DNA from: an uncultured archaeon | GTDB taxonomy: Archaea > Asgardarchaeota > Thorarchaeia > Thorarchaeales > Thorarchaeaceae | Reading direction: 5' to 3' | Assembly (NCBI GenBank): GCA_964458565.1 | Contig: CAYWJO010000020.1 | Coordinates: forward strand, 1-55,135 | DNA length: 55,135 bases | Shown here: positions 46,542 to 54,864 of the stretch, piece by piece | How the letters are laid out: the number at the start of each line of letters is the position of its first letter | Numbering within the stretch: position 1 is the stretch's first letter | Made by a program: the position numbers and the translations under genes | The notes under the pieces: generated by a model | What the model saw: only the letters and a program-made list of their open reading frames with translations | Databases searched by the model: none | Told to the model about the DNA's origin: nothing

Positions 46542-47339
46542 ATGTCTGGTCAATTCAAACGGAAGCTATCTGCAGCCGCGTTTGTGAGAAAGACTCGTCT
46601 CATTATAGGCTTAGACCTAACAGCAGACCTCTTTGGAAAATCCGAAAATGAGCGTAGAAGGGAACGAGAAAATTTAGAACAGGATGCTTTGAAACTTGTT
46701 AAACAAACAGCTGAATATGCTGTTGCATTCAAATTCAATAGACAGCTCGTATTGCCATTAGGTCTCTACGATGGTATACCAAGGATATTAGATTCGATTC
46801 ATGACTTGGGATTAACAGCAATCATGGATTGTAAAATAAACGATGTTGGCCACACAAATGCGTATATCGCTCAGTACTATTTTGATGCAGGTTTTGATGC
46901 TGTAATCACAAATCCTCTTGTAGGATGGGCTAGTGGACTCGATTCGGTTTTTGAGGCAGCTACTAAAAGAGGGAAGGGTGTAATCACACTTTGTTATATG
47001 TCCCATGCAGCTGCTGACGAAGGCTATGGACTCCAAGTGTGCATGGATGAGAAGTGTAAGGAACACGCCCCCTTATACGAGCTCTTTGCCCATCGCGCAC
47101 TTAAGTGGGGTGCTGACGGAGTTATTGTAGGTGCTACCTATCCAGATAAAATTAGAGAAATCCGTAGAATTCTACGTGAAGAAGTTCCAATAATCAGCCC
47201 TGGCATTGGAGCTCAGGGTGGAAGTGCGCATGAAGCTATTTTGGCTGGTGCCTCTTATATTATAGCTGCGAGATCGATTGTCACCAATCCAAATCCTGCG
47301 AATGTCGCTCAAGAACTAGCCAAAGAAACACAAGTCTAA
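46542..47339 (+). CDS. pyrF: Orotidine 5'-phosphate decarboxylase
   Basis: LIIGLD, A.K.N, DCKINDVGHT (DxKxxD), VIVGAT.P, ISPGIGAQGG, I..RSI. GGAGGT SD upstream. Confidence 0.95.
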   Translation: MSGQFKRKLSAAAFVRKTRLIIGLDLTADLFGKSENERRRERENLEQDALKLVKQTAEYAVAFKFNRQLVLPLGLYDGIPRILDSIHDLGLTAIMDCKINDVGHTNAYIAQYYFDAGFDAVITNPLVGWASGLDSVFEAATKRGKGVITLCYMSHAAADEGYGLQVCMDEKCKEHAPLYELFAHRALKWGADGVIVGATYPDKIREIRRILREEVPIISPGIGAQGGSAHEAILAGASYIIAARSIVTNPNPANVAQELAKETQV

Positions 47340-47441
47340 TTTGAAATGAACATTTTCGTACATCATTGCCCGATTACGCTCGCACATCGCCCGAATATTC
47401 CAGAAAAAGATAAAGGTAAATGGTGACTTAGAATACGTGTT

Positions 47442-47459
47442 ATGTACAAAAGTGTACAT
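47442..47459. promoter_or_regulatory. Perfect 7-4-7 palindrome ATGTACA-aaag-TGTACAT, candidate operator upstream of the aminotransferase
   Basis: Inverted repeat read directly, 42 bp before ATG 47502. Confidence 0.4.
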
Positions 47460-47501
47460 GATATTGCTGAGTGGTATCACAAATTATTGGGATGAATTCT
47501 G

Positions 47502-48773
47502 ATGACAAACAAGAGTGGTTATGCTTTTGCAACTTGGACTGGTTTTATCGAGGAATCTCAAATTCGATCACTTCTGAAATACAACGTCAAGTATTATTTC
47601 GCAGGTGGTAAACCTGGAATTATGCCAACTGATGTCTTTGCTCAGATTTTAGCTGAGCTAAGTGAGAGGTACAAAAAAGACTCTAAATTAGCTCTTGATG
47701 ACCTTAACTATGGTCCTACGGGGGGACACGACTGGTTTCTGAAGACATTAGCGAAAAGACTCCACGACGTGCGCGATATTCCGATTGATTGTGAAACTGA
47801 ATGGCAATGTGTATCAATTACTAATGGATCGCAGCAGGCGTTGTATGCATTGCTAGATACAATAATTGATCCTGGCGATGTCATCATTACTCCATCGCCC
47901 TCATATCTTGGTTTTCTCGCACCCGCAGTCAAGCTTGGAGCAAGGATAATTGCTGTTCCAACTGACTTGGATGGCATCATTCCGGAATACGTTGAAAAAG
48001 CAGTCCATCTATCCAAATTAAAATTTGGCAAGTCTCCGGATATCCTGTATGTTGTTCCTGATTCTGATAATCCAAAGGGCACAACAATTCCTGAGAAGCG
48101 AAGACGTGCACTCTTTGATATCTGTGAGAACCATGATATTCTCCTCATTGAGGACTCTGCCTATGCAGAAATACAGTTCAAAAAGAATCCCAAACCCATC
48201 AAGGTGTTGGACAAAGAAAACACAAGAGTAGCTTATCTTGGTACCACAAGCAAAGAAGCAGCTGTCCTAAGAGTTGGGTATTCAGTTCTTCCAATAAGTG
48301 TGAGAGACCAAGTTCTAAAAGACAAGGGTTACCTTGATCTATGTACCGCAACACTTGTACAACGGATTCTCGACGAATATTACAAAAACTACATCGATGA
48401 GGCTATGAAACGAAGCGTACCCCTCTATAAAGAGCGTTACATTGCCATGGCTAAGGCGATGGATGAGTCCTTCCCCGCAGGAGAACGTACTCACCCAACT
48501 GGTGGATTCTTCGTCTGGTGGAAGAGTGAAGACCCGAGCTTCAGCAGCAGCAAGTTCATGGAAGAATTTGCGATACCCAATGACATACTCTTCGTTCCTG
48601 GAGGTCCCTTCTACCCACAAGTTGGATATCAAATGACTAATGGTGGAAATGATTTAGAGCCGAGTGTTCCCGAATATAATACCATGCGTCTTGGATTCTC
48701 ATACGCTGTTCCCGATATTATCACGGAGGGCATCACTCGAATGGGTGAGCTTCTTACTAAGGCCCTTGGTTGA
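47502..48773 (+). CDS. PLP-dependent class I aminotransferase (MocR/Aro8/LysN-like subgroup)
   Basis: S.IR.LL, FAGG.P, L.YGPT.G, IT.GSQQAL, PSY.G, NP.G.T, IED.AY, GT.SK (PLP Lys), LRVGY, GGFF.W, VPG..F, RL.FS. Confidence 0.92.
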   Translation: MTNKSGYAFATWTGFIEESQIRSLLKYNVKYYFAGGKPGIMPTDVFAQILAELSERYKKDSKLALDDLNYGPTGGHDWFLKTLAKRLHDVRDIPIDCETEWQCVSITNGSQQALYALLDTIIDPGDVIITPSPSYLGFLAPAVKLGARIIAVPTDLDGIIPEYVEKAVHLSKLKFGKSPDILYVVPDSDNPKGTTIPEKRRRALFDICENHDILLIEDSAYAEIQFKKNPKPIKVLDKENTRVAYLGTTSKEAAVLRVGYSVLPISVRDQVLKDKGYLDLCTATLVQRILDEYYKNYIDEAMKRSVPLYKERYIAMAKAMDESFPAGERTHPTGGFFVWWKSEDPSFSSSKFMEEFAIPNDILFVPGGPFYPQVGYQMTNGGNDLEPSVPEYNTMRLGFSYAVPDIITEGITRMGELLTKALG

Positions 48774-48776
48774 TCT

Positions 48777-50492
48777 TCAAACTACAAAGTTGATGAATAT
48801 TGTAGCTCCATTCTTGAGTGAAGATACATACGCTCTTTCATAAGGACCAAACAGGTCCTGTAGGCCTGCATTTATCCCCCACTCAATCCAAGACCAACTA
48901 GACTCCTGTCCCATTTTATCTTCTACATATTGACCAAATGTCCAACTGAGATAACGTTCTAATTCTAATCGAGTAATTATTAGCTCATTATCTCTCTTTC
49001 CTTCAGGAGTATCTAGTTCACTCAGTATTTCCTTATGTTTTTCATTAATCTGCTTGTGTGTTTGGTTAAGGAAATTTTTGAATCCATACCACGCTTCGTT
49101 CATTTCATCAGGTCTGTTCTTTCTTTTCGCTTTGTTTGCTTTTCCCATATACTTGAACATCTCAGACTGGTGTAGTACGGGGATATTCTTCTTTGTCAAT
49201 GTTTCTGCAAGACGCTCATTATATGGTGTATTGAAATACACTCTTGGATATTTCACAAACATCGGAAATGGAATGGACAATGCCTCCGCTGTAGGAATCA
49301 CTTGTGCATAGTATGCAGTTTCACCTGCACCACCAACATGAACAAGCACCGGTAATACTCGGTTGAGGATAATTTGCCTTGAATCAACCCTTGGTGATAA
49401 AAACTCAGCATGATCTTCCAAATTCGGTTGGTCCGCTGATGTTTCTATCTCAATACTCTGACTACACGAAGGGCATTTGCCATGGAGAATCGTTTTGTTT
49501 CCTTCACGTTTATATGCAAGCTCGGTACGACTTCGATTACATCCCTTCTCCGGACATTCATAATAGAATGGAACATAATCCCTGCTTCTCTCCCCACTTC
49601 CAGGAATGAATCCATTTTCCTTAATCAATGAGGTGCTTTCTGCGTGTGTCTGAATGAATACTTCCCGATTCTCTGCAGATAAGAGAAACTCCATCCCCTC
49701 AATTAGTAACTTTCTAATCTCCTTGTTCGATGTTGGTATAAGTGGAATTCCAAGATCTCCTTCTACATTCATCAATCTCCCCATGATGCTTACAGCCCAC
49801 TCATCAAGCGTTGAAGAGTTATAAAACGCCCATCTAGTGATTGAAAGTGCATGTTCCATTCTCTCTTCATAGAGCTTTTTGGCTGTTCCATCTAGTATCT
49901 TAAGAAGTGGATTGTAATTGGATCTAATACTCTCTTCTACTTCTAGATACCAGTCATTACTAGGAAGCGGAATTTTACTAACCGGTGAATACGCATACCC
50001 CTCCGGAATTGGAATGCTTACTAGATTTCCTCCCTGCCCCATTATAGGTGTTCTAATATTCGTGAGTTCAGATTGCACAATGTCATAATCAGCGATAAAA
50101 TAGAAGGGCGTTATATTTTGACCTGCATCCTGCGCTAATCTGGCAATGATTGATGCTGTTGCTGCCTTATTCAGAATGTAACATGAACCTCCCATAGCGA
50201 CACTTTGATGTGCAGCCTCAATTCCACCAATACTGATTCTATCAATATTTTGACATACTTTTGGAGTGAGCGCTGAAATTTTGGAGTTCGCACTATGGAG
50301 TGCTTCTTTCAATCGACGCGCTTTTACTTCATCAAACCATTCGGTTTCATTATATTTTTCTAATAACGCTGGAATCCGTTCAACAACTTGCTGGAGACTT
50401 TTTGGGGGATCATTGTACAGTTTCCCTGCTAAAGAGGTATATTCGTTCTTCCAGATGTAATCCTCATATACCTTTGATATGCTCTGATCCAA
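48777..50492 (-). CDS. bshC: BshC-like cysteine-adding enzyme of bacillithiol biosynthesis, with a Cys4 insertion
   Basis: AHQ...MGG..Y...KA (cf. TGQQ...GGPLY...K), PFY.I.D.D (cf. P.FW..EDHD), LSP.V..R......LP...VGG.GE.AY.AQ, P....PR, C-terminal coiled coil. Directly downstream of bshA. Confidence 0.8.
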   Translation of the reverse strand: MDQSISKVYEDYIWKNEYTSLAGKLYNDPPKSLQQVVERIPALLEKYNETEWFDEVKARRLKEALHSANSKISALTPKVCQNIDRISIGGIEAAHQSVAMGGSCYILNKAATASIIARLAQDAGQNITPFYFIADYDIVQSELTNIRTPIMGQGGNLVSIPIPEGYAYSPVSKIPLPSNDWYLEVEESIRSNYNPLLKILDGTAKKLYEERMEHALSITRWAFYNSSTLDEWAVSIMGRLMNVEGDLGIPLIPTSNKEIRKLLIEGMEFLLSAENREVFIQTHAESTSLIKENGFIPGSGERSRDYVPFYYECPEKGCNRSRTELAYKREGNKTILHGKCPSCSQSIEIETSADQPNLEDHAEFLSPRVDSRQIILNRVLPVLVHVGGAGETAYYAQVIPTAEALSIPFPMFVKYPRVYFNTPYNERLAETLTKKNIPVLHQSEMFKYMGKANKAKRKNRPDEMNEAWYGFKNFLNQTHKQINEKHKEILSELDTPEGKRDNELIITRLELERYLSWTFGQYVEDKMGQESSWSWIEWGINAGLQDLFGPYERAYVSSLKNGATIFINFVV

Positions 50493-50504
50493 GATACTCC
50501 CCTC

Positions 50505-51674
50505 TTATTGTGTTTCGAGAGCTTCCTGAAACACCTTTTCATACATTGGAACGATTTTTTGTACTGAGAATGAATCCATTACTCTCTGCCTACCAGCTTT
50601 AGCTAGCTCTTTCCTACGTTTTTCGTCTTCTATCAGCTCTATGACTGCTTGCGCAAATTCAATTTCCTCATAGCCTTCTGTTACAATTCCATCTTTACCT
50701 GGTCTAACGAGCTCAGGTATTCCTCCTGCTGGGGTGGTTACTATTGGCAATCCACAAGACATCGATTCTAAAAGAACTAGTGGCATCCCTTCCAAAGTGG
50801 AATTCAATATGAACATGTCCGCAGAACACATTATATCCATCATATTGCTCTTGATGCCTAGAAGATGAACATTGTCACATAGATCAAGCGCTTCTATTTT
50901 TCGTTCAACATCAATTCGAGTAGGGCCATCTCCAGCAATCACCAATCTGGCATGCGGGTGATGGTCAACAACTATTCTCATAATTTCTATTAATTCTACA
51001 ATTCTCTTGACTTTTCTAAAGTTAGAGGCATGCAAGAGAACGATGTCATCTGAACCGATTTCTTTTGCTTCTTCTGCAGACCTTATTGCAACGCATCCGC
51101 TCTCAACAATGAGTTTGAAACCCTCCTTGGGTTTAAATTTCTCTACATCAATGAAATTTGGAATGACATGAATTTCTCTTTCTATTCCTAACTCATTATG
51201 AGCCTTCTTTTTCAGAAAATCCGAAACAACCGTCACTCCATTGGCTCTCTCAACAGTATGACGTACTACTGGTTCGTAGGCTGGATCAATACCCAAAGTG
51301 TGAACATCGGACCCGTGGAGTGTGATAACATATGGAAGATTGCATATCTCTCGGGCCATATATGCAGACATCGCATGAGGTATCGCATAGTGTGCATGCA
51401 ATAGATCAAGTTTAACATCTCTAGCAACTTTGACAATTTTAGATGTGAGTGCCATTGTGTATGGAGACCCAATATTCTTGAAAAGTGGGTAGTCAAATGA
51501 GTCAACAAGATCAACGTGCACTCCCTTAGTCTGTTCCCACATCAATGAGAAGGGTCTCTGATACGTGATGAAGTGTATTAGATGGCCTCTATTGGCCAAA
51601 TGCTGACCAAGACGTGTTGCCAGATAACCCGATCCACCAACGGATGAATAGAGATTTACACCAATCCTCACCAA
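50505..51674 (-). CDS. bshA: N-acetyl-alpha-D-glucosaminyl L-malate synthase BshA (GT4)
   Basis: GGSG..AT.LG..LA.RGH.IHFITY..PF, YPLF...PY..AL.SK, LDLLH.HYAIPHA..AY.AR, TLHG.D...G.D, H.SNFR.VKR, GDGP. These are BshA-specific rather than generic GT4 signatures. Confidence 0.88.
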   Translation of the reverse strand: MVRIGVNLYSSVGGSGYLATRLGQHLANRGHLIHFITYQRPFSLMWEQTKGVHVDLVDSFDYPLFKNIGSPYTMALTSKIVKVARDVKLDLLHAHYAIPHAMSAYMAREICNLPYVITLHGSDVHTLGIDPAYEPVVRHTVERANGVTVVSDFLKKKAHNELGIEREIHVIPNFIDVEKFKPKEGFKLIVESGCVAIRSAEEAKEIGSDDIVLLHASNFRKVKRIVELIEIMRIVVDHHPHARLVIAGDGPTRIDVERKIEALDLCDNVHLLGIKSNMMDIMCSADMFILNSTLEGMPLVLLESMSCGLPIVTTPAGGIPELVRPGKDGIVTEGYEEIEFAQAVIELIEDEKRRKELAKAGRQRVMDSFSVQKIVPMYEKVFQEALETQ

Positions 51675-51789
51675 AATACACCTTTTGGGTTGTAGCTCTC
51701 AGCTGTGACCTTTAAGGCAAATGGTTTAGGTAGTTTCTAAAGGTTTTCATCTGAAAAGGTTGATTAGCAAGTTAATTATCCTTAGGAGT

Positions 51790-52458
51790 ATGACCCACTC
51801 AGAGGAGCGTTCCCTTTTAGTAATCGTTGCCCACCCTGATGATGAATGTATAGGAGCTGGAGGTACAATAATCTCTCATGCTAGTACGGGTGTTTCAGTT
51901 GATGTTCTATGTCTTACAGGAAATAAAGAGAGAAACCTGGAACTGAATCATGCATGCAAAAAACTAGGTGTTCGTAACGTGTATTCCTCCATTCGCGACG
52001 ATTTTGCAATTGATATGTCTCTAACCTCTGATGTTTCGGATGTGATTATTGCTACACGTCCTGAAGTTGTGATTACTCACTCATACCATGATTATAATCG
52101 AAATCATAGCATGTGCGCAAGAATCGTTGATGAAGCAGTCGAGTGGGCTTCACATACAACGATGTTTGAAAGTGCTTACAAAGTGAGTCGAATCTACCAC
52201 ATGGAAATCAATTCTCTTCTCACTCGACCAAACATAATGGTTGATATTTCTGATCACTATGAGAAAGCATTGGAATCACTCCGCGAACACAAGTCCCAAG
52301 TTGGAAAAGCTGATGGATTCTATCTAAAATTCTATGATGCACGAACTCGACTTAGAGGTGTTCAGTCCGCTTGTTCACGAGCTGAGGCATTCAGTCTAAT
52401 ACCAACCAATCATGTTGGTCCGTTCTATCCAAAAAATAACGTGAAAACCCTGTTATGA
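51790..52458 (+). CDS. bshB: PIG-L/LmbE-family deacetylase, BshB-like (atypical NRNH for HxDH)
   Basis: VAHPDD...G.GGTI, RP..VITH, VDIS........AL..H.SQ, AEAF. Divergent from bshA. AGGAG SD before ATG 51790. Confidence 0.75.
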   Translation: MTHSEERSLLVIVAHPDDECIGAGGTIISHASTGVSVDVLCLTGNKERNLELNHACKKLGVRNVYSSIRDDFAIDMSLTSDVSDVIIATRPEVVITHSYHDYNRNHSMCARIVDEAVEWASHTTMFESAYKVSRIYHMEINSLLTRPNIMVDISDHYEKALESLREHKSQVGKADGFYLKFYDARTRLRGVQSACSRAEAFSLIPTNHVGPFYPKNNVKTLL

Positions 52459-52472
52459 AAAAAGTATCTTGA

Positions 52473-52874
52473 TTATTCTGAACCATCAGCTTTTCTTCTT
52501 CTTGCGGCAAGCAGTTGCTTCAGTTCACCCATCATACTTGTTGGTCCACTCGGTGCAGCCGCAGGTGCAGGTCCTCTGGTCGGAGCTTTTGCCATTGCAG
52601 GTGCGGCATCTGCAGCAGCACTTGGCGCAATGGTCGCTCCTGAAGTAACTCTGGAGGCTAGAGAACTCATCTGACTCTCCAACGAACCAACTGAAGACTT
52701 GATGCTACTGATCTCATTTTGAAGTGCATCTATTGCGCTTATTAGCTTTGAAGTAATGATTGTGACTACTTCACCCATCTCACGAAGTCGTTCTGCATTG
52801 GGATCTGCTAGTGCCCACTCAAACTCTTCCATAATGAATTCAGCATCAGCATCTTTGTTCTTTTCGTCAGACAT
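52473..52874 (-). CDS. Small coiled-coil protein with Ala/Pro linker and C-terminal Ena/VASP FAB-like motif; putative actin-binding protein
   Basis: Acidic N-terminus with Trp, ~50-aa heptad region, APAMAKAPTRGPAPAAAPSGP linker, then SMMGELKQLLAARRRKA. The ORF is solid; the function is inferred. Confidence 0.6.
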   Translation of the reverse strand: MSDEKNKDADAEFIMEEFEWALADPNAERLREMGEVVTIITSKLISAIDALQNEISSIKSSVGSLESQMSSLASRVTSGATIAPSAAADAAPAMAKAPTRGPAPAAAPSGPTSMMGELKQLLAARRRKADGSE

Positions 52875-52937
52875 TTCAGCGCATCTCTATTCGTTTGACG
52901 AATGGTTCGGCTATAAACCTTGTCTGGAAGTACTAGT

Positions 52938-54308
52938 TCATCCTATGGTTTTAACTACTACTGTTTTTGTTCTCTCAAGTATCTCAGTGACTCTTTTCTC
53001 TGTTTGGGCTTCACATGTTATTCTGATGAGAGGTTCAGTTCCTGATGGACGTACCAGTACCCACCCATCCTTTAGGGAGATGCCAATGCCATCGACTGTA
53101 AGGACATCGATCACATCGCCAATTGCCTCCGGTAGTATTTGTCCTAATTCGTTCATCACGTCAGCCTTTCTCTCGTTTGGGCATGGAATCTTACTCTTCT
53201 TGAGTGGGTATATTGGAATCTCTCCAATAATATTTCCGAATGTTCTTCCCGTTTTCGCCATGAGCTCAAGAAGTCTACATGCTGTCAAGAACGGCTCTGG
53301 TGCAAGGTGGAATTCAGGTAGTATGAAAACACCACAAGCTTCTCCACCAAAGACTGCGCCCATCTTTTTGACCTTAATTGCTACTTGGATGTCACCGACT
53401 GGAGTTCTTATCGGTTGCCCTCCAGATTTCTCTATAATCTCATCTAATACGCTGGAACTGTCCACTGTATGAATCACAATCTTTTTTCCAGTTCTTCTGA
53501 TTGCTTCACGTCCTAGTAAAGCAATTGTTCTGTCACCTCGGATTACTTCTCCTTTCTCAGTTACAAATACAACTCTATCAGCATCACCGTCATGGGCAAT
53601 TCCAAGATCCGCTCCAGTTTTGTGAATCATATGAATGAGGTCACCAAGTGATTCTTCCTCAGGCTCAGATTTTCGACCTGGAAAATGACCATCTAATTGA
53701 CTGTTTATTGTAATCACTTTACACCCAAGTTTTTGCATCAGATAGGGAGTTAGAACGCATGCTGCACCATTTCCTGGGTCGATTATAACTCTGAAATTCT
53801 TTGATTTAATCAGTTCTACATTTGTTTCTGCGAGTATTGCATCGATATGTTCCTCTGCAGCAGTTTCGAGTATATGTTGTTCACCTAGCTGGTCCCAATT
53901 TGCTGCCTTGAAGTTCTTTGTTTCATACAGTCTTTCCAGCTCGGCTTCTTCCTTATGAGTAAAACCCATGCTATCTCCTGCCCAGAACTTGATACCGGTG
54001 TAGTCTGGTGGATTGTGTGATGCAGTAATCATAACACCTGCGTCATATCCTCGATTCATAGTTGTGAATGCTAGTGTTGGAGTTGGAATGATGCCTGCTT
54101 TAGTGACGTTGACTCCTGTTGACATAACCCCCGCCGCGAAAGCATCCTCGACCATGATTCCTGTGGTTCTTGCGTCTCGGGCAATTAGAACAGTACCCTC
54201 AGATAGGTAAGTTCCCAAAGATTTTCCGAGATTCATTACCATCTCGATATCGAATTCCTTACCATAGACCTTCCTAACACCAGTGGTTCCGAATAGCTTA
54301 CCAGTCAT
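52938..54308 (-). CDS. glmM: Phosphoglucosamine mutase / phosphomannomutase (alpha-D-phosphohexomutase)
   Basis: LFGT.GVR, D.R, PTP, ITASHNP (phospho-Ser), DGDADR (metal loop), GGE..G, VRPSGTEP..RI..EA. Start ATG 54308 (ORF track 54317). Confidence 0.9.
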   Translation of the reverse strand: MTGKLFGTTGVRKVYGKEFDIEMVMNLGKSLGTYLSEGTVLIARDARTTGIMVEDAFAAGVMSTGVNVTKAGIIPTPTLAFTTMNRGYDAGVMITASHNPPDYTGIKFWAGDSMGFTHKEEAELERLYETKNFKAANWDQLGEQHILETAAEEHIDAILAETNVELIKSKNFRVIIDPGNGAACVLTPYLMQKLGCKVITINSQLDGHFPGRKSEPEEESLGDLIHMIHKTGADLGIAHDGDADRVVFVTEKGEVIRGDRTIALLGREAIRRTGKKIVIHTVDSSSVLDEIIEKSGGQPIRTPVGDIQVAIKVKKMGAVFGGEACGVFILPEFHLAPEPFLTACRLLELMAKTGRTFGNIIGEIPIYPLKKSKIPCPNERKADVMNELGQILPEAIGDVIDVLTVDGIGISLKDGWVLVRPSGTEPLIRITCEAQTEKRVTEILERTKTVVVKTIG

Positions 54309-54356
54309 TCGATTCACATCTCCTCACTGACCTGTTTATCTCAAAAAGCTAACTAC

Positions 54357-54836
54357 TTGTGTATTTTAGAATTGGTTATGATTTGTGTTACATCATATAT
54401 TTTCGTCTCTATGGGGATAGGCGGTGCGGGAGGAAGGATGATTGGTTGGGGTGCTGGAGAAATCCCGAAGCTTGTCACTCGTCTACAGCGGATATGGCAT
54501 GCTGCGTCTGTCCCTTTAGGATGGTTTACGGAAGCGTGGTTCGAGATGGAGCTGGAACAGTCTCCAGAACTCATGTCGTTGCTTACTCTCTCAATCGTGG
54601 TCTCCGGATTGACTGGAAAGCCTGACAAGAATTCAGGTACACAACAGAGTGTGGAAATAACAAAGTCACTGAGAGAGGGCATCCAGATGTCACTCGAACG
54701 TATCAACATGGCTCTACATTTGATGCAGATGACCATGGTCAGTCCAATTCTCTTGGTCGGACCGCTGGGTGGGTTTGCCTTCACGGGTCGGCTCTCCAAT
54801 GTTAGGGTCGAGGGTTATCTGTGTTTAAATCGATGA
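54357..54836 (+). CDS. Possible hypothetical membrane protein
   Basis: 159-aa ORF with hydrophobic segments. Competing ORFs on both strands; no motif. Confidence 0.3.
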   Translation: MCILELVMICVTSYIFVSMGIGGAGGRMIGWGAGEIPKLVTRLQRIWHAASVPLGWFTEAWFEMELEQSPELMSLLTLSIVVSGLTGKPDKNSGTQQSVEITKSLREGIQMSLERINMALHLMQMTMVSPILLVGPLGGFAFTGRLSNVRVEGYLCLNR

Positions 54837-54864
54837 GTTGAGAAAGAATGGAGGGTTGAAAGGC

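Noticed and set aside
50505-51674. Generic GT4 glycosyltransferase or MshA
   Set aside because: HYAIPHA, YPLF..PY and SNFR.VKR signatures plus the adjacent bshC favour BshA.
52756-53472. 238-aa plus-strand ORF
   Set aside because: Antisense shadow of glmM and the 133-aa gene; Ser/Ile-rich with no motif.
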